In this document: positions 23,431 through 35,700 of the stretch, piece after piece
How the letters are laid out: each line of letters opens with the position of its first letter
Numbering within the stretch: the stretch's first letter is position 1
Source: Haplodiscus bocki
Taxonomy: Eukaryota
Direction: 5' to 3'
Length of the DNA: 64,000 nt
Assembly: GCA_965655095.1 (NCBI GenBank)
Contig: OZ296650.1
Location: 50,964,001-51,028,000, forward strand
Translations under genes and position numbers: made by a program
Notes under the pieces: generated by a model
What the model was told of the DNA's origin: nothing
Seen by the model: only the letters and a program-made list of their open reading frames with translations
Databases searched by the model: none

Positions 23431-24760
23431 CAAAGCCTTTCTCTCAATTTTTCACGCGAAAAAAAATTTGTTTTCAGAATAAATTTATTTGAAAGTCTTC
23501 GGACAGATTTTATTTTGAATGGTGAATTTTTATCTCTCTCTAGACTGGTTAAAAAAACAAGCTGTTTGAGATTACAACCTCAGTAGGTTCAAGATGTACG
23601 TAATCATTTGACACATGCCTGAAACTGGTGTTATCAAAAACCATCAAGTAAGGGTTCGACAAATCGGAACGAGGTTGATCATGACCATGATGCTCAAGCA
23701 CAAGAACATCTATCGAAGTCATGCGAGTTTCTTTTAGTTTTTTTTGCCGGTGTTCCTTATGAAATGTGTACCAGCAATATTTCATCGGTTCTGTTGGACA
23801 ATGGCAGTACTCAACTCAAACTTTTGGCAGCGATTTGAGTTTGGTCCTTTAGCAACCAGGAATGCACTATTTTTTGTCTTTGCTAAAACGAATCCCTCTA
23901 AGGGTTCGTTATTGAAATGGGTTGTTGGCTCCGATCGGTACAACAAAGAAACTGGAAATTTTTCTTGTATAAACAATTCAGTTTAACAATACGACTTTGA
24001 CATCCTGGTGAAAGTAGTCTTGATCGGAGTGTGAAATTTGTCTGCAACTGTCATTCTCCCAACAAACAACTTTGAATAGGTAATTTCAGCTTTGTGATGT
24101 TTTGTTGAAATGCCATAAATCAAGGCGGAAAGCGAACTTTGACCTTGTCATGAAAGTCATGTGTGAACATTGATGGTAAGTAACTGTAGTTGATAGATGT
24201 TTGTCGCCACAGAAATTTTCTACTGCAATTCAGCTCAAGAAAGTTACCACCAATGAGCTTCTGGATTCTGTTTCAATGCGTAAAAAGGGCTCCAGTGAAA
24301 TTGTTGGGGTTTGATTTATAGCTGTATGAATAATGTTTCAAGTAAAGGTCAACCGCTACATTGAGAGAATTTTTTCTTCAATATAAACCTTGTCAGCGTA
24401 AAGTTTGTTTGCAGATGACTTTTTGTCACTTTCTCGAATCAGTTGCAATCGAGAAAAAACGGGTGGCATGTGTTCTTTTCAAACACTGGTGAACCGCATT
24501 TCGAACTAGCTAGAGAATTATAAGTTAAATCTGTTCTCTTAGGTTTGGTAGTTTTACTTTTCCTCCCGTTGAACGTTTTGTAGTTTACGAGAATAGTTAG
24601 ATGCTCCGCAACGTCGAACTCCGTTCTCTTACAATTTGGATCACAATCGCGGCCATTTTCTCGCTCAAAAGATATGCCAAAAGTGATCAGTAGACGTCGT
24701 ATTTCGAGATGTAGAGAGAGAAGTTATGAGGTTCATCGGTAAAATGTTAGGCAACAATTT
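23430..24760 (-). pseudogene. Polinton major capsid protein remnant
   Basis: FNNEPLEGFVLAKTKNSAF...NRCQKFEL and HGHDQPRSDLSNPYLMVFDNTS...DYVHLE resemble double jelly-roll MCP C-terminal motifs (NPF.YQKF, LVFDLTS). Confidence 0.68.
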
Positions 24761-24829
24761 TAGTTCTTGAAAAGAAAAGAAGTCTAACCAACTTCTTCGC
24801 AAAAAACTTTTTTTGGCTTTGCGTTATCC

Positions 24830-25110
24830 GTTTGCAAGTCCAACCACTTGATACCTGACCGTTTTTTTGTTGCTTACTTTTGAGTTTGTTTGGTTGATTT
24901 TTCTGATGCAACTTCAACCAGTTCTGGTAGAGTTTGACAAAATAGTTTTTTTCTGAATTGTTCTCAAGACAATTTTCAGAACTTTTCTGCCTTTTGGTAA
25001 AACTAGCCGACCAACACTTGATGCTAGTGACCGAAATCCTCTGCCCCTTTTGTCACACGACCAGTAGTAATTTGAGTGAAAACTGCTTGTTGCGAAGATT
25101 TTTGGGCCAC
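24830..25110 (-). pseudogene. Polinton small basic core-protein-like remnant
   Basis: KRGRGFRSLASSVGRLVLP (cf. QRGSGFG.LA..GR..LP), located between the penton and the MCP. Confidence 0.5.
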
Positions 25111-25112
25111 TT

Positions 25113-25965
25113 TCAGAAATCTGTGAATTTCGGTACCATTGAAACTCTTGCGGTACCAACAAATGGACCTTGTTCACCATTCACGATGAAAGTTCAAGTT
25201 CGGTTTTTCAATTGAGGTGAAAAAATTTTTTCTGAACTGCAGTTCAGAAATTGAATGACCAATAGTTGTTGAAATAAAAACTAAGCTGTCGTTTGCTAAT
25301 CTTCTTTGACATTCAATCATTCGCAGCAATCATTCGTGATTTTGGCACCTGCAAAATGTGGTTGTTGAAGGAGAAAGAATTTTGCAGACAACATATTTCT
25401 TCCCTGCTTATTCTTCCGAAGAGAATCATTAAAGGTTGGTTTAGCTTACTGCCGTAACGTTTCTGGTTGCCCAAAAAATACGAGCTTGTTTGGAACTTTT
25501 CGAGCCCACCCTTGAACATCAAGCGATCTAGAACCCTTAGAGTATGGAAACTTACGTCATATGTCTGGTGCAACACAAGAGCTACGTTAGGCTTGTCGCT
25601 AGGTGATTGAAAGGCAAAGGTTGTGTTCAGAGGGCTGCTTTCGTCTAATCCTTTTTGGGACATCTCACACCTCTGTATACTTACCACAAGAGAGTTTTGT
25701 GTCGTTTTGCCAGCTTGCGCGTGATAGTTGATTTCCAGCTAAATCTGGTTCGAAAATTGTTTCTCGGGTCCATTTGGAGTATAAGTAAAAAGTGTCCTTC
25801 TTTGTTGATTTTTTATTGCGGGTAGAGAACAAAATTTTAGCTAAACTCAGCACACGCCAATCACCTTCTAATCGAATGGGATGTGGGACTGGGTTGCAAA
25901 AGAAACCGTCTGTGTTTTTGAGGGAAACGTTCACCGAAGCCGTACAGTTGAGGCAAAAGTGATTT
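25113..25965 (-). pseudogene. Polinton minor capsid (penton) remnant
   Basis: N-terminus TASVNVSLKNTDGFFCNPVPHPIRLEGDWRVLSL (cf. S.AS....N....F...LP..I.LEG.W.VAL); C-terminus NGEQGPFVGTARVSMVPKF*. Confidence 0.65.
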
Positions 25966-25974
25966 TTGTCAATT

Positions 25975-26850
25975 TCTTTTTGTCAGATGGGGCTGGTAAA
26001 ATGTGCCTTTGATGTTTTCTTTTTTATCTTCTTTCAAGTCTTAAGTTTGAGTAGGATAAATTTTTCGATGACCAAATTTCGTTTGTCAATCTTCGTTTGT
26101 ACCATGTTTTTGAATGTTAAATCTTCTTTGGCCATCCAAATTTTAACACTAACTGCAATTTTTTGATAATTGACAAACGTCGTTGATTGTTTCGCAGCTG
26201 TAAAAACCAAAAATGGTTCATACCAGTTTTGTAAATTTGTTTGCAGCTAAATGAAAGACATGAATGACTCGGCAAATGTTGATATTGACAAATGACTGCA
26301 ATCTGTTGATCTAATGATCAGCCATTTGTTTCCGATTAAACTGTATTGAAAATCTTTACGTGGTTGAAATTTCAAAGCAGCAAACATATTTTTGTTGTAA
26401 TTGGTGCTGTGTATCTGTCAAAATTTTTCTCGCCACAAAAAGCTTTGAAAGCTGCTTTTAACTAATTTCTCCAGTAGGACCAACATTTTTACAACTGAAC
26501 CCGTATGAAAATCTTCTCAAAGGTTTTAACTTGTGAGTTTTCTTTTTCCATTGGTTTTACTCACTGATAACGCGATAATACAAAAACTAGAATCAGTAAG
26601 TGTTTAACAACAAATTTGTGGATGGCCAAATTGCTTTTGGGTCACCTGAGCCAAACGAGCCGACCAAATTTCTTCAATGTTGTAAGCAATGACTTTTGAT
26701 CAAAGAAATTTCTGCATTGACTGTTGATGTTTGGTGTGTGGGTTTTTCGGTGCACAGAACTTTCAGCTGTTTAATATGAGAGTCTTTTAAGCAGAATTTT
26801 CAAACTTCCGTAATTAAACGCGTCTTCTTGAATAAATTTTGTCCATTTTT
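25975..26850 (-). pseudogene. Polinton retroviral-like integrase remnant
   Basis: KVIAYNIEEIWSARLA, VKHLLILVFVLSRYQ*VKPM (cf. KYLL..VDVLSRY..V.P), and C-terminal KENIKGTFYQPHLTK (cf. I.G.FYE.EL). Confidence 0.72.
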
Positions 26851-27829
26851 TCCCCTCAATCTACGTGAGCTTCCACTGTTTGGTAGTTTCCTCTTCGCTT
26901 CCAGAAGGTGAGCCAAGTTAATGGTCATGATCTTGACACCTGCTGGTAAATGTCATATCACCTTGGCTTCGGTAGAAACAAAGCGTTCGTCTATGTAAGG
27001 TTCTTTTGATAACTTTTTTTCGGCTGGCTAGTTTCGCCTAGTTGGAGACAGAGGTAGTTTCTCTCAAACATTTTCATGAAAACTGTAACAAGCAAGTTGT
27101 TCTGACTTCCCCGCAAGCTGTTAGGGAACGTTGTTGCCTGATGTGACGTTCAAAGCTCATCAATCGTAAGCACACCTTCAATTTTAAAATCAGAAATAAC
27201 GTTCCTCTGAAGTTTTCTTTGTCGGTTTCGTTTTTTCAAATTGACATGGCCGGATCATTGACAGCGCACACAAAACTCTCCACTCTACAGTTTTTGGAAC
27301 CGTCTGTTTTTGGTTTTGCATCTTTCATTTTTTCTGTCTCTCTAATGATGAGGTTTTGTCATTGGAGACGGGATAGATTCTGGGTTCTATTGCCTTAGTA
27401 TAGGACATTGTACAATGTCTAACGCTTTTGGAATTTCTTTAACAAAACATTCTCTGGTATCGAATTACGTTATTGTTTAGTTTTTGTGACAATTACCAGA
27501 AGCGGGTCTTCCATGGTTTATTATTCTTTCTGAAACCTACAAAAAAACTCGCCTGCAACCCTTATCCGATGTCGTAGCAGGACCTTCATCTTCATTTTGT
27601 AAGGGAGGGATTAATTCGGGTACCTTGCACCGGATTTTACCATTGACGATGTTGAGTGCTCCTTCACATAAGACTCTGACAGCTTCAATGCTACATTATT
27701 CGAAAATGCGGTGGTATACGTTTTTTGGCTTCTTTCTTTACAATGCCTGAGTGTATGCAGTTTCTTTCATGTCATTTCACAAAGAAGTCTTCTTTTTCAA
27801 GGATCATAGAGTTTAAAAAAACTTGCATG

Positions 27830-28410
27830 AGGATTGACTATAAAAGTACATTAGCAAAAAGCGTCCGTTGTTTTGGAATAAGAGCCGATTAGAAAAAGAC
27901 CGAATTGTTGTGATGTTGCTTTCCTAAAACCAACGCTAAGAATTCTGTTCTGTTTAGCTGTTGTCCAAAGTGATATTTTTGTTGAACATCTCATGGTGAT
28001 TCGAACCATGCATTTTTATTTGTTTTCAGGTAAACAGTTTGTGACCATTTGGTTTGGTGCTTGATGAAAGGACAGTTGATTTTTTCACGAGGGCCGGCGT
28101 TCGCAGTCCTGAAAAACTCGCCCGGTAGATAGAAGTCTTAGCAAGACTCAAAATTATCAAGTAGACATTTTCTTATCATTTCAGACATCTCAAAGTCAAA
28201 ACAAGGAATGTTTTTAATGTTCAGTCTAGTAGACACATTCTTTTTAAATTATGTTGATACTCTTTGAATAACTTTATTGTTTGGCTAGTCAGTGGGTAAA
28301 AAGTTGTAGTAGGCGAAGCAAGTTTTGCACGGAGGAAACGCGTCTGCCCAGAACCACCTCGACCCAGCTGCGACTTCAAAAGACGGTCACTTTGAAAAAT
28401 GCCCTGCTCA
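27830..28410 (-). pseudogene. Polinton A32-like packaging ATPase remnant
   Basis: Walker A GRGGSGQT (cf. GPSGSGKT, about 28350), Walker B region CLLDNFESC, TANAGPREK (cf. ATAGRH), FESP*DVQQ (cf. FKSPRD.Q). Confidence 0.72.
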
Positions 28411-31400
28411 AATCTTGGATTCGGTAAAAATCCTCAAACCAAGCCAGTCAAAATCGAAAAAAACACTGCTTGCTCTTTTCGCGGGTCAAGATCGAGTGTC
28501 ATTTTTTACACCAGAAGTTACAATTATGAGTACCAAAACGGCTTGCGTCAAACACAATGCTTTTAATCGTGTCAGTGCAGTTGAATATCAAAACTTCGTC
28601 GATAGTCGTTCGCTTCTGTTCTTGTCAACAACTGAGTGTCTAGCTCGGAATACTTCTACTTAGTTGACTGAATGATGCACCATCTTCTTGAAAAGTGAAT
28701 GAGAATCGAAGGTATTGCGAAAACTTAAAGAGATAAAAATTAGAAATATATCTGCGAAATAAAAATTTTACAGGGTATATAAAACTTGTGAACATTAAAA
28801 GGAGCTCTAGAAATCAGTGTTTTTTGAGACTTATTGCTTTTTTTTTGAATTTTGTAGGTACGTGAAACATAATTTCTCTGTCAAGTATCTCCAACAAGTC
28901 TCTCGCAATCTGTTTTGGAGACCATGAGTCATCAATCCCATCACGACGCATCATACGACAATTTTTCGGGGGCATATTCAGAGAAGCAATGCGTTGTTCC
29001 ATCGTTAGTTCATTGAAGTCTTTGTTTGACGTTTTTTGATGCCTTGATTGATACAAAACACGACCTTGTCATCTAAAGTGGAGCTAACTTGCAGCAAGAC
29101 ATAGTAGTTTAAGGTCAACTGGCAAACGGTTGTTTCCAAAGTTCATGAGATCCCACGTGATTTCAGTTTGCTTTAACTAGTCTGTTAGGAGGCTCATGTT
29201 CACTTGTGGGTCGAGCATTGTTTGCATTGTTTAATGTGGGGTTCATGTTTGGCCACGTGCTTCCTTGGAGGCCATCTCTGCAGTTTGTTTCTGGAGCCAT
29301 TATTTTCATTGTAAAGAGTTCATTGGATACTGAAGAAGCAATCCTGAGACATGTTAGGCTCCTCACGAGCACAGTGATTCAAAATGTGAAATCAGAGATA
29401 GTTGGAGCAACAAATTTTGAATTGATAGTTGTATTCCGACACTTTGGGACACGCAAGAACCTCCATGTTTTTATTGGTGGGGAAATTAGGATGTTTTTGT
29501 CAAAGTAGAAGCAGAATGCACTCCTCTTCTTTTTTGAGACAATAAATGACGTTATTTGGAATAATTCTTGTACAATTTTTCAGCACAGCGCTTTTTCAGA
29601 CTTCTAGAATGGCTCCTGTTTGATCAGAGACATGACAACTGATATTCAGGTGGCGGAGTTGATAAATGAATTCAGTAACCATGTGCAGCTGCAATTTTCG
29701 AGAAACCGCGTTCGAATCAAACTTCCAGATGTTACGGCAACAAAGTAGTAGATGACGGTTTTCAGCAGTGATTGCAAAACTGTCTTCTTCATCAGTTTAT
29801 TTGTTACGCTAAACAAGTAATCGAATACTTTCGTAAACTCTTATTGCTGAGCAGTAGACGTCCAATGACTTGTAAAAACGAGAATTTTGTGGAAGTTTTG
29901 TTTGTTTCATGGTGAAAGAATATTGTTGTTATCAAAAACAACGTGAGGTGAGGTGGAAACACAGTTTGGGAATTTTGTTCTGAGGTCAGGCTGTAACTTT
30001 TTCCTGGAAGTAGACTTTGCACTTCCAACCTCTGCACTTTGTGCACAGGGCATTCGATGTGGAACTCAAATACCATTCGCCTTCGCATCAAAGGTATTTG
30101 TGCCTTCTTTTACTTTGCAGATTTCTCTAGCCAGTCCAAACATTCTTTTCTGCTTCTTCGGAACTGAAACAGATTCCCCTCGTTCAATCAATAGCTTTGC
30201 TGTTTGTGTTAACAACTGTTGTGTGTTTTTACGAGTATGCACTGGAAATGTCGTTGGGAAGACCTCTTACGCGGTACAAGAAATCTAGTTTCGAAACTAT
30301 AACACAAAGTGCCAGGGCAGAACTTTAAAAATTAAAGAAAAATCTAATCTTTCTACAAACTGTCTTTCCGTCATTGCAGCTCTGGAAAATGTTGGATATG
30401 TACTTGCCACCTAAAAAGCTAATACAGCTACTAGTTGTTGTGGTACGGTGAAAAAAGCGGCTTGCCAACGGTTACGAACCTGCCCTGTGCGGAGACGTGG
30501 ATCCGGGTCTGTTAGTTTTTTTGGAGGCATTTTTCCGTTGATTTCACAGATTGCTAAATGTGCATACTACTCGTTTTTGGAATCTGCAAGTACGCCTCCT
30601 GCAAAACTACAATTTTGATTTTTTCCAGCAAGGCCCGAAGTGGCGGTGTTATGCTAATAGATGATACTGATTTCGTTTGAAAGAAAAAATTCTTTGAATT
30701 TGCAGTTCAGATTGCTATCTTCAGAGGCCAGGAATGCGTGAAAGCCCATAGACACTTGTCTTTTTTGTTGATATGTAAGCTCCCAATTTCCCAAAGCTGC
30801 TGGCATCATTTCTTCCGTGAATGTCGCTATGGAAAATTTTTGCTTCTCAAAAACATTTTTTGTGAGAATTTGTTGTTGTTGATTGAATCAAATTTTTCTC
30901 GCACGTAGGAAAGCAAAAATTGCGGTTCGACTGCGCAATTTGTCTTTTTATTCGACCCTGAGGAATAAATTGCCATGATTGACTGGAAGAAAAACTGCAG
31001 GCAAACGAAGTGAGGTTTATTTGAACGTGTTGTCTTCATTGGTGTCAAAAAGCAGCGTCGATGTTATATCTAACCAAAAGTTTTCAGCAGGAAGGTAATC
31101 TCTGAAAACGCACTGATGCAGAATATGAAAAAAACTTGTTCCCAAAATCAATCAATTACATAGCATAAAGTCAATCTAAAGTTTCCAAGCAGAAATGAGT
31201 CTTGTGATTGGTGGAGAATTCGACCCATTTACCTATCATAACTTTTTCGACACAAAGGTTAACAATAGCATGTTTGACTACTACGTGATGAAATCCACCT
31301 ATTAAAATATCACTGACGATCAGTTCCATAAGTTCAATGAAGAAGTCAAGGTTTCCCCAAAACATACAGAAAGAGAAGTTAACCACATTGGGACTGTCGT

Positions 31401-31934
31401 TGACACTAAGGAAGTAAGAGAAGCAGCTGAAAAAAGAACCATTTCAAAAAGTTTCAATGAAAAATCAAGCTGTGAGACTACGAGTTCTAGAATAGTTTGC
31501 TGTTTGATTACAACAATTTCTGCGTTTTTGGAAGAGGCAGAATCACTAAAAACTCCCTAAGAACTCCGAACAGATACTTTTTAAGAAAAACTGAAGGTTT
31601 CTTATACCAAAAACCTAGTGGCTATTCGATTGATACACACTTTCTCTTCCCAGAATCAGCACTGGGCCGATTTTTTTGATAGAAATTTACGCAGCTTCTG
31701 TAGTAAAATAAGAAACACTCATCGTTACTATGTTGGTAGTTAAACCGTCACAGTTTGCTTTTTGGTTTGTGAGAAAACATCATTCTGAGATCTTCGTAAT
31801 AATTTCACGTCAGGTTTTCAATTTATGGAGAGAACGTCTTCCTTTCTAACAAACCGTTTTTTTCACCAATTTCTGTCAATAGCATTCACGATGTTGGTTC
31901 ATGTTTCTGAAACTGAATTTCTTGAGCAAGTTGG

Positions 31935-32295
31935 TGCAAATTTGCCGTAGAATGCAACTGGAATAGTAAGAGCTCTCAAAACATAAAAAATTTGCGTCTT
32001 CTTCGGAATGATTTATGGGCTCTATCGGGAAATATTTTTTCAAGATCACCAAGTGTGGCAATTTTAGACGTAAAATGCGTCTCAATTGTTCTTATTTACT
32101 ATATGTGTCGTTCCACTTTAGTTGTGAGTGCTTTTTTGGCTAAAACTCAGAAGTATTTTAAGGTTGGTGTTGTTAGAAAATATGATGAAGTAACAGTTTG
32201 TTTAGAAACAAGAACGCTTCATCTTTTAAAAAGTTATCTTCAACAAAATGGGAGGGCGGAAAAAATGCCGGTGGTAGGCCGCAATCTTATTCAAC
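31935..32295 (+). repeat. Copy of the dispersed repeat family seen at 1-362 and 1225-1535
   Basis: AAATTTGCCGTAGAATGCAACTG ... GGGAGGGCGGAAAAAATGCCGGTGGTAGGCCG. Confidence 0.6.
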
Positions 32296-33399
32296 TTTTC
32301 TATTTGGAGTCGTGTTTTTGGATCGACTTTTGTTTCTACGGCGATCAATTTCTAGGTTACGTGTTCCAAAGAAGTTCAAGTTTGTCTAATCTCATGATAC
32401 TTTGACAAGTTAAACGTATCGAACTTTTAAAAGATGGTTTGTTCTCGACCAGTAATGAAGAGTACTGCTGTTGAACGATAGTTTTTTCCTTTATGATCTG
32501 AAATTGCTACATCGAAAAGAGATAAAGTCAAAGCTTCTGACAAGGTTAGAAAAGATCCCTCTTTTTCTTAAATAGTGCAAAATCCGCAGATTAACATTGT
32601 TGAAATTCCGTTTACCAGTTTTCATGTCTGACTTTTATATAGCATCAGCAGCTACTTTTTTTCTCAGTGTGACAATTTCTAACTTTAGTTTTTCAACCAA
32701 CAAAATGAAACTTTAAGAAAAGGAGTTTCTATTAATTTTTTAAAATAGATACACCATAATTTCCTCTGTTTCCCAATTTTAAAGAACAAAATAGAACTTT
32801 TTTTCAAAAAATACCTTTTCGGAAGAAAGCATGGTCCATGCTCTGCTGGTGGATGGGTTGGGAAACCAAAAATGTAAAGGGAAAACTTGAAAAAAAAACG
32901 GAATGGAATTGAAGAAATTGTAGGCCATCGAAAGCTGTCATAGCCTCAAGCTAATATGTAGGTTGCGTTTTCGTGATTTTTGTAACTGTCTAAATGCTGC
33001 TTTCGTTCTTGTGGGATTGCTTGATGTGTTTCATGAGAGCCTGTATGATAATGAGTTGTTAAACTCTCTATAAAAAGTTTGGGTTGTAGTTCAAAATAGG
33101 TTAATGATTAGCCTGGGTTAAAGTTGTCGAAACACTGTGTGCGCATATCTTGAAGCTCACGCTACCAAAAATGTACCGCGGAGGCTAAACTTTTCCCCAT
33201 GGAACTCACAGTGTGCTATGCAAGTTGCAAGTGTTAAAAAATTCGATTCAAAAAATCAAAACTTTGATTGAACACCACTGCTAATGACTGCCCTCACAAC
33301 ATTGAAGGAAAAGAATTCTTTCTTTTTAATCCTGAAAGAACAGCGAGATTTGACCGCTCATTTCTTTTTCAAATAGTAAAGTGATGGCTGTTACTGTAG

Positions 33400-35700
33400 T
33401 TTGTCACGAATTTGGTTTGGAGTGGAAAAAAATTGTGGGACTGCTTGGATCTGCTCAGGAAGGTTGCCTAAATTCTGCACGACTGCGTTTGAGTGACTCA
33501 GTAAGTAGCTTAAAATTTGTCTGCCTGCAGTTTTGTTTTTCCACTCTCTGTCGCACGAAAAACCTTTTGAAAGCATGAAGACTTTGAGAAAAGCCCGTCT
33601 GGTGGAAATCGAGCTTTTTAATAAGTAACCGAGAGGAACTGTGTTATCAGGTTGTTTGGCGGTTGTTTGGTGCAGTCTGCTGGTCATTAGATCTTGTCTC
33701 AACCAAGCGTTTTCAACTCTTTTGAGGGGGTCAAATGGGCGTTTCCGATTACATTACACTAATTTTCAGGGCTTCAATACCTAAAAAGTTATCAGACTAA
33801 TCAATAAAACGGATATTTTGTGGAGGGCTAGTAGGTTGCTTCTGTGACAATGGTTCTGCCATTTCATTTCCCAATGATTAAAGAACAAAAACTGGGGCGA
33901 CCCCCATACTACATCTTAGTAGAGGGGCAGGCTCGGCAGCAAGTCAAGTTCTACGGGAGGTGGAGCGTTAGGAAAACGAACACTGACTATTACAGGTGGC
34001 GGGTAATCCGTCACATTGGGCGTTTAAACAAGTGTGATACAAGGTTGAAACGATGAAGGAAGTCCCTCAATGAATAGTTTTGGTTCATCGCGAAGCTAAC
34101 CGAACCCATCGATAGATCGAATATATTGTCTCAGGCCTTGACAACGGTAGGGTCATGAACGTGAACTTGCAGAGAAACAGTTCGTTATCGAATAAGATGA
34201 ACACAATGTCTGTAACTGGTTCCGACTTTGCGAAGAATATTTTCCGAAGTTATTAAAGATTTCAAAACACGGTAAAGCGTGAGTCAAACAGGCAATCAAT
34301 TACTCCCATTGTAAGATTTTGCCCTTGTTTTTGGAATTGAAAGAAGGCACAAAGTAAAGAGGTAAAGCGGTTTGGCTTGGCAATTTGATAGGCACCATTT
34401 TTGCAGTAGAGTTCGATCACTTCAAGATTCATAAATGAAAATTTTTTTTGAAAACATTGTATGAAACATTTTTGTTCCCGTTTCAGGAAAAGTTCCTCGA
34501 TTATGCTTATACTGAATCGTGTGTTCAAATACTTGGCAGAATAGCGTACACGAAGAAAGACTGTGGAAATCGTTAAATGGTGAGACATATTTTCTTTGAG
34601 GCTGTTAAATGAATTGAATTTTACCAGTCATTCCCTTGCCAATAGAACTTCAGCTTTAGAAGACGTTTACTTGCAATAGGATGGAGTTCACCAATGCCCA
34701 CAATTTGAGGGTGCTTTACACTTGGCTGTGCCAAACTCCCGTATAGGATCGGCGACAAAACATCTACACGAACCAGAAAATTTACATTTCGGTACAAAAG
34801 TGCGGCGGCAAAAAAACAAGGTACTCCAACTGCTATACTGTCAGCTCTAATATTAATCAATGGGACAGCAAACAGAATTTTTGAGGAAACAACCAAGGCG
34901 TCAACGCAAAACGTTGAATTTAACGGTCCAAGCCAATAGTTTTAGAAGCCTTGGAGGTGATAAAAAGTTAGGAGTGGCATAGGCGGTGGGGACGATTTTC
35001 CAAGTTTTTTGACCGAGTACGCTTAGGTTTTGGCTGCGGAAAAGTTGGGCATTTTTGAGCCTTGAAACTAAGAAATCTGCAGAGATTGGCAACTTACACG
35101 TTTCTTTTCAATTAGTTCAAGAGTTCTAACAGTGCAACACTGTGCAGCGGGTTGTGAAGTGTGGAGGCTTGGTTCATGTTCACGAAATTGTTCCTTCACG
35201 TTACCGCACTGGTCGCAAGCAAAGCGATATAAAGTATCTCTCTCTGTAACAAGGCTTTATTTGGTTTTGCCTTGTCTTTTTGAGGCCGATTCCAGTGAGC
35301 CAATACAAAAGGAATGCCCCGTTTTTTCCATGAGATAAGCTCACGGATGTTTTTGTTGTTTTGTTGCTCTTGAGCCAAACGTAACTTTTGCGACAGATTT
35401 GGTAATTCATTCGGGTTGTCTTCAAAATCACTTATTCCAATCAACTTGAAATCCAGAACCAGAGAAAGAGGGAAAGTCCTCGCAATGGACCGAGGCGATT
35501 CGTCATCAGAGTTTTCCACAAGAAATTTGTCATATATACCGGGTCCTTCTAAATTGACATAACAATTGCCCATCAACAGCAGCATTTAGTTCGTTTGAAA
35601 AGTTCTTAACTTCCACAAAAATGGACAGAAAGATATCTGAAGACTTTGCTTGGGTTTGAATTTCATTTTCACAACCAGGGACTTTGTCTATCAACCGTAT
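33400..35700 (-). mobile_element. Decayed Gypsy LTR retrotransposon fragment (integrase region)
   Basis: QEQQNNKNIRELISWK, VSSKILFAVPL (cf. DVFSKYLFAVPL), PSVKHPQIVG (cf. AT.KHPQT.G), then NDW. Confidence 0.62.

Larger units (their letters stand above)
18200..31700 (-). mobile_element. Decayed Polinton/Maverick (adintovirus-like) endogenous element; outer limits approximate
   Basis: Remnants of ATPase, integrase, minor capsid, core protein, major capsid, protease and protein-primed PolB lie colinearly on the minus strand. TIRs and TSD were not found. Confidence 0.8.
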
